Positions 39,593-47,789 of a stretch of DNA of 50,998 nt are shown one piece after another. The number at the start of each line of letters is the position of its first letter. Positions within the stretch are counted from its first letter, which is position 1. The notes under the pieces are model-generated. The model saw nothing but the letters and a program-made list of their open reading frames with translations, did no database searches and was not told the origin of the DNA. The DNA comes from an uncultured Acidimicrobiia bacterium (GTDB lineage Bacteria; Actinomycetota; Acidimicrobiia; Spongiisociales; UBA4744). The position numbers were made by a program, and so were the translations under genes. The stretch covers positions 1 to 50,998 of the forward strand of contig CAZWHZ010000004.1 in the NCBI GenBank assembly GCA_964633745.1, given 5' to 3'.

Positions 39593-40978
39593 ATGAAACC
39601 CGAATCCTACCCGCAGGTCGTTAGCATCGCTTCCAAGGTGACCACGCTCCTGGTAACGCACGCGACCGTGCTCGTCACGATGGACGAGCACCAAAGGGAG
39701 ATCCCCGATGGCGGGCTCTTCATTCGTGACGGTTGGATCGAACAGGTTGCCCCCTCCTCTGACCTCCCCGCATCGGCGGACGCCATCCTCGATCTGACCG
39801 ATCATGTTGTTATTCCCGGCCTGGTGAATACTCACCACCACCTGTACCAGACACTGACGAGGGCATACGCACAGGACTCGGAACTCTTCGATTGGCTCAC
39901 GACGCTGTACCCGGTGTGGGCCAAGATCACCTCCCAGGATGTCAATGTCTCTGCGCGTCTCGGATTGACGGAACTCGCCATGAGCGGGTGCACCACCTCC
40001 TCCGATCATCTCTACCTGTTCCCCAACGACTCTCGACTCGACGACGAGATCGACGCTGCCGGGCACGTCGGCCTCCGATTCCACGCGGCGAGAGGTTCGA
40101 TGAGCCTCGGTCAGAGTGCCGGCGGCCTGCCTCCCGACTCGGTGGTTGAGGACGAGGAGGAGATCCTGAAGGACACACGCCGGGTGATCGAGACGTTCCA
40201 CGATCCCAAGCCCGGCTCGATGCTGAGGGTGGTCGTCGCCCCGTGTTCTCCATTCTCGGTCACCCGGGACCTGTTGCGGGAGTCGGCAGCACTTGCCCGC
40301 CACTACGGTGTCACGCTCCATACCCATCTTGCCGAGACGATCGACGAGGAGGCATTCTGCGTAGAGCACTTCGGCATGCCACCTCTCGCCTATGCCGAGA
40401 GTGTCGACTGGGTAGGACCGGAGGTGTGGTTCGCCCACGCGGTGCACATGTCCGAACGTGAGATCGCTCGCATGGCCGACACAGGCACGGGCGCCGCCCA
40501 CTGTCCGGCGTCGAACATGCGCCTGGGATCCGGCATCGCACCCGTCGCCGAGTATCTGGACGCCGGTGTTCGCGTTGGCCTCGGTGTCGACGGCTCCGCT
40601 TCGAACGACGGCAACGACCTCATCGGTGAAGCACGACTTGCCCTCTTGCTCGCACGCGTTCGGAGACAAGGCATGATGCCCGTACGGTCTGCGCTCGAAC
40701 TTGCCACGATCGGGGGGGCACGCGTGCTCGGAAGGGATGACATCGGGACCCTTTCGGTCGGGAAGGCAGCCGACTTCGCAGCGTTCGACGTGAATCGTGT
40801 CGAGTACGCGGGCGCCCAACACGATCCGGTTGCCGCCCTCCTGCTGTGCGCATCAACCCGCGCCTCGTATACCTATGTGCATGGGAAGCCCGTCGTCAGC
40901 GAAGGCCATCCCGTCAACTTGGAACTGGAAACGCTCGTGGAAGAGCACAATCGCGCCGCAGCACGGCTCTTCTCATAG
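39593..40978 (+). CDS. COG0402 amidohydrolase (8-oxoguanine/guanine-deaminase-like aminohydrolase)
   Basis: TLLVTHATVLVTMD, VNTHHHLYQTLTRA, HTHLAE, FAHAVH, GVDGSASND: the amidohydrolase metal ligands in the chlorohydrolase/deaminase arrangement. Start is ATG 39593, or alternatively GTG 39638. The first 162 codons of the track ORF run antisense to add and are rejected. Confidence 0.85.
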   Translation: MKPESYPQVVSIASKVTTLLVTHATVLVTMDEHQREIPDGGLFIRDGWIEQVAPSSDLPASADAILDLTDHVVIPGLVNTHHHLYQTLTRAYAQDSELFDWLTTLYPVWAKITSQDVNVSARLGLTELAMSGCTTSSDHLYLFPNDSRLDDEIDAAGHVGLRFHAARGSMSLGQSAGGLPPDSVVEDEEEILKDTRRVIETFHDPKPGSMLRVVVAPCSPFSVTRDLLRESAALARHYGVTLHTHLAETIDEEAFCVEHFGMPPLAYAESVDWVGPEVWFAHAVHMSEREIARMADTGTGAAHCPASNMRLGSGIAPVAEYLDAGVRVGLGVDGSASNDGNDLIGEARLALLLARVRRQGMMPVRSALELATIGGARVLGRDDIGTLSVGKAADFAAFDVNRVEYAGAQHDPVAALLLCASTRASYTYVHGKPVVSEGHPVNLELETLVEEHNRAAARLFS

Positions 40979-41037
40979 CCGACAGCCAGCGGCACACAGC
41001 TCACAGCCAGACAAGGCCGGCCAGTAGGTGTCAGCTG

Positions 41038-41066
41038 GAGATCGGGTAGCTCTGCTACCCGATCTC
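41038..41066. terminator. Hairpin at the convergent junction of the deaminase and molybdo-hydroxylase genes
   Basis: GAGATCGGGTAGC / GCTACCCGATCTC: a perfect 13-bp stem with loop TCT. The right arm covers the last codons and TAG stop of the large-subunit gene. Confidence 0.55.
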
Positions 41067-43265
41067 TGCGATGTCCTCCGGGTGAATAGGTAGTCGCGTC
41101 ACCGGCTTGCCCGTTGCGACGCGCACGGCCGCCGCCACCGCGGCCGCCGACGAAATCGACGGGAGTTCCGAGAATCCTTTCGCCCCGAAGGGACCCCAGG
41201 AACTCGGCTGTTCAACAACGATCGCCTCGACCGGTGGCATGTCCTCGATCGTCGGCAAGAGGTAGTCGGTGAACGTCGGGTTCTTGATAGCACCGTTGTC
41301 CAGGATGAGCTCCTCCATGAGGGCCATGCCGAAACCCTGCGCGATCCCGCCCTCTATCTGCCCGATCACCTGCACGGGGTTGAGCGCCTTCCCAACGTCC
41401 TGGGCCGTGTCGATCCTGACCACTCGTACCAGGCCCAGAATCGGGTCGACGTCGACGACCGCCCGGTGGGCGGCGACGCAGAAGTCGACATGGACGTCCC
41501 CTTGCCCACTCTCGTCGGGTTCTTCTGTCGGGGCATGCCGGTAGCGGACCTCGCCGACAATTGGCCCTTCCCCACACAACTCGGGCCAGGTGCCGACCAA
41601 CCTGCCGTTGCGCCACACACCGTCCTCATCCATCTCATCCCCTCCAACCCGCTCGAGGGCTGCGGCGCGCGCCCGGCGGGCAGCCTGCTCGACCGCACCT
41701 CCGGTCATCTGGGTCTGTCGCGATGCCGACGACGATCCGGCGGAGCCGATCTGTGATGTGTCGCCCCAGACGACCTCGACACGCTCCAGACCCAGGACAC
41801 TCCTCGCGATCTGGCCGAGAATGGTGACCATCCCTTGACCAACCTCCGCAGCTGCGGTGTAGACGCGCGCTCCCTGCGGGGTCAGTTCGACTCTCGCGTC
41901 TGCGTAGTCATCGAACGCCTCGGAAAACGCAAGGTTCTTGACTCCGACGGCATACCCGATGCCTCGAACGACCGCGGAAGGCGGAGTTGTGAGACCCGTG
42001 CCGCCTGGCCGTCGATCGGTCTCCTCATCGGGCAATGGGATCGACATCACCGACCGGATGACCTCCTCTGTCGGAAGCGGATCGACGATTCGCTGACCTG
42101 TCGTCGCGAGCACGTCACCGGGACCGATGGCGTTCTTCAATCGGAGTTCCAGTGGATCCATGCCCAGTGCAGCGGCGAGCCTGTCCATCTGTGCTTCATA
42201 CGCGAAACAGACCTGATTGGCACCGAACCCCCGCATCGCCCCCGTCGGCGGGTTGTTGGTACGTACCACATACCCTTCAACGAACACGTTGGGGCAGCGG
42301 TACGGTCCCGCAGCGAAGTACACGGCGTTTGCGATCACGGCCTCGGACGTGTTCGCATACGCACCACCATCCAACACGAGCTTCGCGTCGACCCTGACGA
42401 GCGTCCCGTCAGGATCTGCCTCGTGCCGGTACCACATGTGGGCGCTATGGCGCTTCACATGCCCGACGAAGCTCTCGTCTCGCCCATACACCATCTTGAC
42501 GGGACGCCCCGTTCGCAACGCGAGCATGCACAGGTGGGTGTGCAGGCTGAGGTCCTCTCTGGACCCGAACGCCCCGCCAAGACCCGTCGGGTGAACACGA
42601 AGCTGGTCGGACTCGAGTCCGAGACACCGAACGAGCTGCTCGTGGTCGACATGAATCCACTGCGACGGAGGGTAGAGGTCTACCCCACCAGACCCGTCCG
42701 GGACGGCAAGTCCTGCCTCGGTGCCCAGTGGCGCCTGGTCGATATTCGGCGTCTCGTAGTAGCCCTCGACGACGACTGCGCCGTGCGCTTCGTGGTCGCC
42801 CCGTCTCACCCGCATCTCTCTGAAGATCTCTCCAAGCTCAACCGCCTCTTCGAGATTCGTTGCGGGAGTCAGCGGCTCCACCTCGACACCGATCGCAGCG
42901 GCGGCCGCACGCGCCTGGTCTCGCGTCTCGGCAGCAACCAACGCGACGGCCTCGCCCCAGAAACGGATCTCTCCTTCGGCGAGAACCGGCTGGTCCTGCA
43001 CGATCTGGCCCTGGTACTTGAAACCGGGCACGTCACCCTGTGTGAGGACGGCGACGACCCCTTCCATGTCGAGCGCGGGTGTGACATCGATCGAGATGAT
43101 CCGGGCACGGGGCGCGAACACCCTATGTGTGGCTCCCCACAGCATGGTCTTGGCACTGAGGTCGCCCACATACGCGAATGCCCCCGAGACCTTCGCGGCG
43201 CCGTCCGGTCGTCGAATGGACTCGCCCACACCTCCGCTCACGCGCCTCGATGTTCTCGCCGTCAC
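41055..43265 (-). CDS. Xanthine dehydrogenase-family molybdopterin-binding large subunit
   Basis: 736 aa. Aldehyde-oxidase/XDH a/b hammerhead N-terminus, GAMRGFG motif, C-terminal GAKGFSELP with the conserved catalytic Glu. No CODH AYRCSFR loop. GTG start overlaps the FeS-subunit stop (GTGA). Confidence 0.9.
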   Translation of the reverse strand: MTARTSRRVSGGVGESIRRPDGAAKVSGAFAYVGDLSAKTMLWGATHRVFAPRARIISIDVTPALDMEGVVAVLTQGDVPGFKYQGQIVQDQPVLAEGEIRFWGEAVALVAAETRDQARAAAAAIGVEVEPLTPATNLEEAVELGEIFREMRVRRGDHEAHGAVVVEGYYETPNIDQAPLGTEAGLAVPDGSGGVDLYPPSQWIHVDHEQLVRCLGLESDQLRVHPTGLGGAFGSREDLSLHTHLCMLALRTGRPVKMVYGRDESFVGHVKRHSAHMWYRHEADPDGTLVRVDAKLVLDGGAYANTSEAVIANAVYFAAGPYRCPNVFVEGYVVRTNNPPTGAMRGFGANQVCFAYEAQMDRLAAALGMDPLELRLKNAIGPGDVLATTGQRIVDPLPTEEVIRSVMSIPLPDEETDRRPGGTGLTTPPSAVVRGIGYAVGVKNLAFSEAFDDYADARVELTPQGARVYTAAAEVGQGMVTILGQIARSVLGLERVEVVWGDTSQIGSAGSSSASRQTQMTGGAVEQAARRARAAALERVGGDEMDEDGVWRNGRLVGTWPELCGEGPIVGEVRYRHAPTEEPDESGQGDVHVDFCVAAHRAVVDVDPILGLVRVVRIDTAQDVGKALNPVQVIGQIEGGIAQGFGMALMEELILDNGAIKNPTFTDYLLPTIEDMPPVEAIVVEQPSSWGPFGAKGFSELPSISSAAAVAAAVRVATGKPVTRLPIHPEDIAEIG

Positions 43266-43705
43266 TGCACGCTCCTGACTGCCCTGATGATGGACCCATA
43301 CCCGGTACAGCGACAGATGTTGCCTGCAAGGGACTCGCGGATCTCACCGTCGGTCGGGTGCGGGTTCTGATCGAGGAGGTGCGTGGCGGCGACGACGATT
43401 CCCGGCGTGCAGTAGCCGCACTGGACACCTCCCTCATCGAGGAGTGCCCCTTGCACCGGGGAGAGGCCCGCCTCGGGAGTCAACCCCTCCACTGTGACGA
43501 TGTCGGCGCCCTCGGCATCGAGCCCCAAGACGAGGCATGAGCACACAGGCTGCCCGTCCATCAGGACCGTGCACGAACCGCACTCGCCCTGTTCACACGC
43601 GTCCTTGCTCCCGGTTACTCCAAGGTTCTCGCGCAGGACTCTCAGCAGACTCTGCGCACCATCGACGGCTGTCTCCGTCTCGATCCCGTTGAGTCGGAAT
43701 CTCAT
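43262..43705 (-). CDS. [2Fe-2S]-binding small subunit of the molybdo-hydroxylase
   Basis: 147 aa. Plant-type cluster CEQGECGSCTV and second cluster QCGYCTPG...CRCTGY. ATG 43705 overlaps the FAD-subunit stop (ATGA). The 242-aa N-terminal track extension is out-of-frame overlap with the FAD gene and is rejected. Confidence 0.92.
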   Translation of the reverse strand: MRFRLNGIETETAVDGAQSLLRVLRENLGVTGSKDACEQGECGSCTVLMDGQPVCSCLVLGLDAEGADIVTVEGLTPEAGLSPVQGALLDEGGVQCGYCTPGIVVAATHLLDQNPHPTDGEIRESLAGNICRCTGYGSIIRAVRSVQ

Positions 43706-44493
43706 AGCAAACGCTCCAATGTGCGTCGTGCGATGACGCCTACTCCGTGCCGCCGGTAGCGTGCGGTCGCCCGGTGGTCGGTGATCGGAGATGCCTCTTC
43801 CGACACGAGCCGTTGGAACTCGTCGAGTGCCCCTTCGCTCGGCGATCGTTCTTCGGAGATCATTTCCTCGGCGCGCCGAGCCCTCGTCACCGTCGGCGCG
43901 ACCGAACCGAGCGCGACGCGTGTCCTCCCGTCGGTGAATCGAGCAACGCACACCGATGCGATCGCAATCACCATCGCCGACCGGGTACCGATTTTCGAGA
44001 ATCCCTGCCGCTCGGGGATCTCGGGTGGCAGCTTCACTCCGACGATGAGTTCGTCCGGCAACAGTGCCGTGCGCTTGACGCCGGTGAAGAACTCGTCCCA
44101 GCGCAGCTCCCGGGATCCGCCGACCGATCGCGTCACGATCGTCGCATCGACCGCTGCAAGAAACGGGAGCGCGTCGCCCGCCGGACTTGCCGTCCCGATG
44201 TTTCCGCCGATCGTCCCAACGTTGCGGATCTGGGGTGATCCGACCGTTCGGGCTGCCTCGGAGAGACCTGGCCATCGGCAACGTTCGAGCCGTGCGTATG
44301 TGACCCCGGCGCCGATCCAGTCTTGCCGCATGTCGGCGAGTTCGTCGATCCGACGCAACGCGACCACTCGCGAGGGGCGGCGGTGTCCGAAGTTGACCTC
44401 GACCATGAGATCCGTCCCGCCCGCAAGGCACGTCGTATCGCCATCGAGCGCTTGCACCGCATCGTCGATCGTTGTCGGAAACTCGATGTGCAC
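43702..44493 (-). CDS. FAD-binding medium subunit of the molybdo-hydroxylase (CoxM/XdhB-like)
   Basis: AGGTDLMV, IRNVGTIGGNI, and the C-terminal CO-dehydrogenase-flavoprotein-like region. Start is uncertain. I prefer GTG 44493 (VHIEFPTTIDDAVQAL), which leaves a 62-nt divergent spacer with TAGATT on the minus strand. The track ATG 44580 would overlap the divergent gene. Confidence 0.85.
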   Translation of the reverse strand: MHIEFPTTIDDAVQALDGDTTCLAGGTDLMVEVNFGHRRPSRVVALRRIDELADMRQDWIGAGVTYARLERCRWPGLSEAARTVGSPQIRNVGTIGGNIGTASPAGDALPFLAAVDATIVTRSVGGSRELRWDEFFTGVKRTALLPDELIVGVKLPPEIPERQGFSKIGTRSAMVIAIASVCVARFTDGRTRVALGSVAPTVTRARRAEEMISEERSPSEGALDEFQRLVSEEASPITDHRATARYRRHGVGVIARRTLERLL

Positions 44494-44555
44494 GTTACGC
44501 CCAAATCTAGCGACTCGCCGAACCTGTCCGCCTGCTGCCCGGTAGGGTCCACCCC

Positions 44556-45230
44556 ATGGACATCGATGCGATCCTCGCACAGTGTGAATCGGCGCTCGCA
44601 GAGCCCGGCACGGTCGATCTTGCGGAGCTGGGCTTCTGGAAGGTGGTCGCGAGGCTGAAGCGCGATCCGCAACTCGTAGCCCGCTACGGAAACCGAGTTG
44701 CCACGATCGACCAGCGCGCTCTTGGTCGTTGGGCTCTCGTCATGCTGCCGATCGGGGCCGGCATTGGCGCCATGTCGCTACTCACTGTGGTTGGCCTCGC
44801 CGTCGTGTCGCTCGCCTATTTCGTCGACGCCCCATGGAACGGCATCTGGGTGCTCCTCGGCACCGGCATACTTCTCGGCTCGACACACACACTCGCACAT
44901 TTCATCGTCGGTCGAATCGTTGGGATTCGATTCACCCACTGGTTCATCGGCCGCACTCCTCAGCCGGGCGTCAAGATCGACTACGTCAGCTACCTCGCGA
45001 CACCACCACGAGGGCGCGCCTGGATGCATGCATCGGGCGCACTGACGACCAAGCTGGTCCCGTTCCTCAACCTCGGCGCGGCGTGGGGCTCCCACTCCCC
45101 CGCCTGGACGACTTGGATCCTCCTCCTGCTGGGCGTCGTCATGATCGGGACCGACGTCTTCCTGTCCACGAAGCAGTCCGACTGGAAGAAGTTCCGTCGG
45201 GAGATGAAGTACGCCCACCAGGCGGGCTAG
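44556..45230 (+). CDS. Hypothetical polytopic membrane protein
   Basis: 224 aa. Soluble N-terminal segment of about 60 aa, then 4-5 hydrophobic helices. H-x3-H (HTLAH) lies at a helix start. No family recognised. Confidence 0.6.
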   Translation: MDIDAILAQCESALAEPGTVDLAELGFWKVVARLKRDPQLVARYGNRVATIDQRALGRWALVMLPIGAGIGAMSLLTVVGLAVVSLAYFVDAPWNGIWVLLGTGILLGSTHTLAHFIVGRIVGIRFTHWFIGRTPQPGVKIDYVSYLATPPRGRAWMHASGALTTKLVPFLNLGAAWGSHSPAWTTWILLLLGVVMIGTDVFLSTKQSDWKKFRREMKYAHQAG

Positions 45231-45237
45231 CGCCCGC

Positions 45238-45307
45238 CGTACCCGGTACCTGGTTCCGGGCGTTCCGAGACCGCAGGGCGTACCAGGTACCGGGTACGAG
45301 GTACAAC
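45238..45307. repeat. 17-bp perfect inverted repeat built from GTACNNG heptads
   Basis: CGTACCCGGTACCTGGT (45238-45254) and ACCAGGTACCGGGTACG (45282-45298) are exact reverse complements separated by 27 nt. The right side continues as four phased heptads, GTACCAG GTACCGG GTACGAG GTACAAC (45280-45307). The left side has GTACCCG GTACCTG. Confidence 0.8.
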
Positions 45308-45322
45308 CCGGTTCGGACCGGC

Positions 45323-46318
45323 CTACATCGTAAGGACGGCTGCCCCGGCAACCAGTCCCTCTCGAAGCTCCAACAGCGCACGGTTCGCATCCTCCAATGG
45401 ATACTCCTGAACCACCGTGGTAATGGGGATCTCGGCTGCGAGCTGCAGGAACTCGGATGCATCCTGCTTCGTGAAGTTGGCAACGCTCCGCAGCTGACGC
45501 TCCAACCAGAGATGCCGATAGTCGAAGGCGGGCATCTCATCGAGGTGAATGGCGTTAATCGCCACCACCCCTCCACGATCGACCGCTCTGAGCGCGTTCA
45601 CAACGACCGAGCCCACTGGTGCGAATGTGACGGCGGCGTCCAATGGAACCGGCGGTCGCTCGTCGTAGCCGCCCGCCCAGACAGCACCCATCTCGATGGC
45701 CCTCGCCCGTTCCGTTTCGGATCTCGTTGCGACGTACACATCACAGCCCCACTGCTGCGCCACCTGGAGGGAGAGCAAGGCGGACGCGCCGAATCCGTAG
45801 AGCCCGAGGCGACCTCCCGGTTGAATGCCTGACACCTTCAGTGCTCGGTAGCCGATCACTCCACCACACAGCAGCGGAGCGACGTCGACATCAGACACGC
45901 CTTCAGGAAGATGAAACGCGTACCCCGCATCGGCTGTCGCCTTCTCGGCATATCCGCCATCGCGGTCCCATCCGGTGAACACCGCCGACGTGCACAGGTT
46001 CTCGCGACCCGACCGGCAGAAGTTGCACCTGCCGCAACTCCCGCCGATCCAGCCAACACCCGCTCGCTCCCCCACGCTCCACCCCTCCACGGCGTCACCG
46101 ACTGCTGCGACCGCACCGACGATCTGATGTCCCGGTATCACCGGAACCCGGTGCGGCTCGATGTCGCCCTCAACCTCCTGGAGGTCGGTACGACACACAC
46201 CGCACGCCGTCACATCGAGCAACAGTTCTCCGGCCATTGGAACAGGATCGTCCGTATGTTCGAGGCGCAGCGGCTGTCGGTCGACTGGAGCCAGTTCGTA
46301 CAGCAGCTGCGCACGCAT
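45323..46318 (-). CDS. Zinc-dependent alcohol dehydrogenase family oxidoreductase
   Basis: CGVCRTDL, PGHQIVG (Gln in the usual GHE position), structural-zinc CGRCNFCRSGRENLC, Rossmann GLYGFGASA. ATG 46318 lies 1 nt after the upstream stop. The 19-aa track extension is rejected. Confidence 0.88.
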   Translation of the reverse strand: MRAQLLYELAPVDRQPLRLEHTDDPVPMAGELLLDVTACGVCRTDLQEVEGDIEPHRVPVIPGHQIVGAVAAVGDAVEGWSVGERAGVGWIGGSCGRCNFCRSGRENLCTSAVFTGWDRDGGYAEKATADAGYAFHLPEGVSDVDVAPLLCGGVIGYRALKVSGIQPGGRLGLYGFGASALLSLQVAQQWGCDVYVATRSETERARAIEMGAVWAGGYDERPPVPLDAAVTFAPVGSVVVNALRAVDRGGVVAINAIHLDEMPAFDYRHLWLERQLRSVANFTKQDASEFLQLAAEIPITTVVQEYPLEDANRALLELREGLVAGAAVLTM

Positions 46319-46319
46319 A

Positions 46320-47789
46320 TCAAAGCTCGGAGAGCAGCCCGGTCTTCTCGTTGAACGCCTCGATGTGACGATCAATTACGTCGACCTCCGACTGAACCGA
46401 TGTCCAGTAGTCGTCGTCGTACCACTGAGCCTGAATCTCCTCGTAGGTCTTGCCCTGCTGCTCGACCCACGTGTAGTACTTGAGGTTGTGGATACGCATG
46501 CGACCTTGGTAGTCGAGTTCGACCATGGCGTCGGTTCCGACACCTCGCAGGTAGCGCTCGAACGCGACGACTGCGTCGTCCCGGGTGAAGGCACCGCGTT
46601 CTTCATTGAGCTCTCTCAGTCGTGACTCATACATCTCGACGGAGTCTGTCGCTACGGTCATCACGACGTCCTGGCCGGTCATCTGGTTCCACTTCGCGAA
46701 CTTGATCGACGACAGCATGTTCGCAACGCTCGATATGCCGAGCTGAGGGAGTTCCTCCACGAAGGATGCGTCCACACCTCGCTCGATCAGGTAGTCCTGA
46801 CCGACCGGCTCGTTGAAGAGGCGCAAGATCTGCATGGTGGCTTCGTCATCGATAGCCGTTACGAAGTCGGTGTTCTTGACATTGTGGATCCACGGGACGT
46901 GCTTGTCGCCGATTCCTTCGATCCTGTGCGCGCCAAACCCGTTCTCCAGCAGCGTCGGGCACTGCAGGGCCTCGCTTGCGACGATCTTGGACGTCGGATA
47001 CTGCTGCTTCATGTAGTCGCCGGATCCGATGGTCCCTGCCGACCCTGTGGTCAGCGCGACACCGCGGTACCGGTCCCCCGGTCCCATGATCTCTTCGAGG
47101 ACCTCGACCATCGCGGGGCCGGTGATGGTGTAGTGCCAGAGGTAGTTGCCGAACTCATCGAACTGATTGAAGATCACGACGTCCTCACCGGATCGACGGA
47201 GTTCCCACGTCTTGTCGAAGATCTCTTTGACGTTGCTCTCCGATCCGGGGGTCGCTATGACCTCGCCTGCGACCTTTGACAACCACTCGAATCGTTCGCT
47301 GCTCATGCCCTCCGGGAGGATGGCGACGGACTCGCACGCGAGCAGATTCGAGTCGTAGGCTCCGCCGCGGCAGTAGTTTCCGGTCGATGGCCACACGGCC
47401 TTCTGGCTGGTTGGATCGAACTGGCCGGTCACCAATCTCGGCACGAGACACCCGAATGCGGCCCCGACCTTGTGCGCTCCCGTCGGGAACCATTTGCCGA
47501 CCAACGTCACGATACGGACCGGAACACCGGTGAGAGCGGACGGGTACTCGAGAAAGTTCACGTCCCCATACCCTCCCCCGCTCGGCACAGGCTCGTTCTT
47601 CCACGTGATCCTGAACAGGTTGATCGGATCCAGGTCCCACAGGCCGACGCTGCCGAGTTTCGCTTTGATCGATTCGGGTACCAGTCCCGGATCGCGCTGC
47701 TGGGCGAATGTCGGAATGATGATGTTGCGCTCGCGCGCCCTCTGAACTGCCCGTCCTAACGGCGCCTCGTGGATGGTGAGGTCGATCAC
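46320..47789 (-). CDS. Fold-type II (TrpB/CysK-like) PLP-dependent enzyme with N- and C-terminal extensions
   Basis: 489 aa. Putative PLP-lysine motif FPTGAHKVGAA at residue ~107, STGNYCRGGA, GSAGTIGSG glycine loop, then a helical tail of about 130 aa. GTG start overlaps the upstream stop (GTGA). Confidence 0.75.
   Translation of the reverse strand: MIDLTIHEAPLGRAVQRARERNIIIPTFAQQRDPGLVPESIKAKLGSVGLWDLDPINLFRITWKNEPVPSGGGYGDVNFLEYPSALTGVPVRIVTLVGKWFPTGAHKVGAAFGCLVPRLVTGQFDPTSQKAVWPSTGNYCRGGAYDSNLLACESVAILPEGMSSERFEWLSKVAGEVIATPGSESNVKEIFDKTWELRRSGEDVVIFNQFDEFGNYLWHYTITGPAMVEVLEEIMGPGDRYRGVALTTGSAGTIGSGDYMKQQYPTSKIVASEALQCPTLLENGFGAHRIEGIGDKHVPWIHNVKNTDFVTAIDDEATMQILRLFNEPVGQDYLIERGVDASFVEELPQLGISSVANMLSSIKFAKWNQMTGQDVVMTVATDSVEMYESRLRELNEERGAFTRDDAVVAFERYLRGVGTDAMVELDYQGRMRIHNLKYYTWVEQQGKTYEEIQAQWYDDDYWTSVQSEVDVIDRHIEAFNEKTGLLSEL

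Noticed and set aside
43706-44431. N-terminal extensions in the ORF track, each adding 13-242 residues. Affected genes: the FeS subunit (389 aa in the track), aspS, hisS, tgt, ruvA, the acyltransferase, the ThrC-like gene, the ADH, thrS, pdxS, the EF-G-like gene and the COG0402 deaminase.
   Set aside because: The extensions are Arg/Gly/His-rich, overlap the upstream gene, and are absent from the known family architectures. Internal ATG or GTG codons coincide with ATGA/GTGA/TGATG stop-start overlaps or clear SD motifs, and give canonical protein lengths.
41055-44493. Three-subunit M-S-L operon as an aerobic carbon monoxide dehydrogenase (coxMSL).
   Set aside because: The large subunit lacks the AYRCSFR (form I) and AYRGAGR (form II) active-site loops and has GAMRGFG instead. 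No coxDEFG accessory genes are present. The neighbours are purine deaminases.
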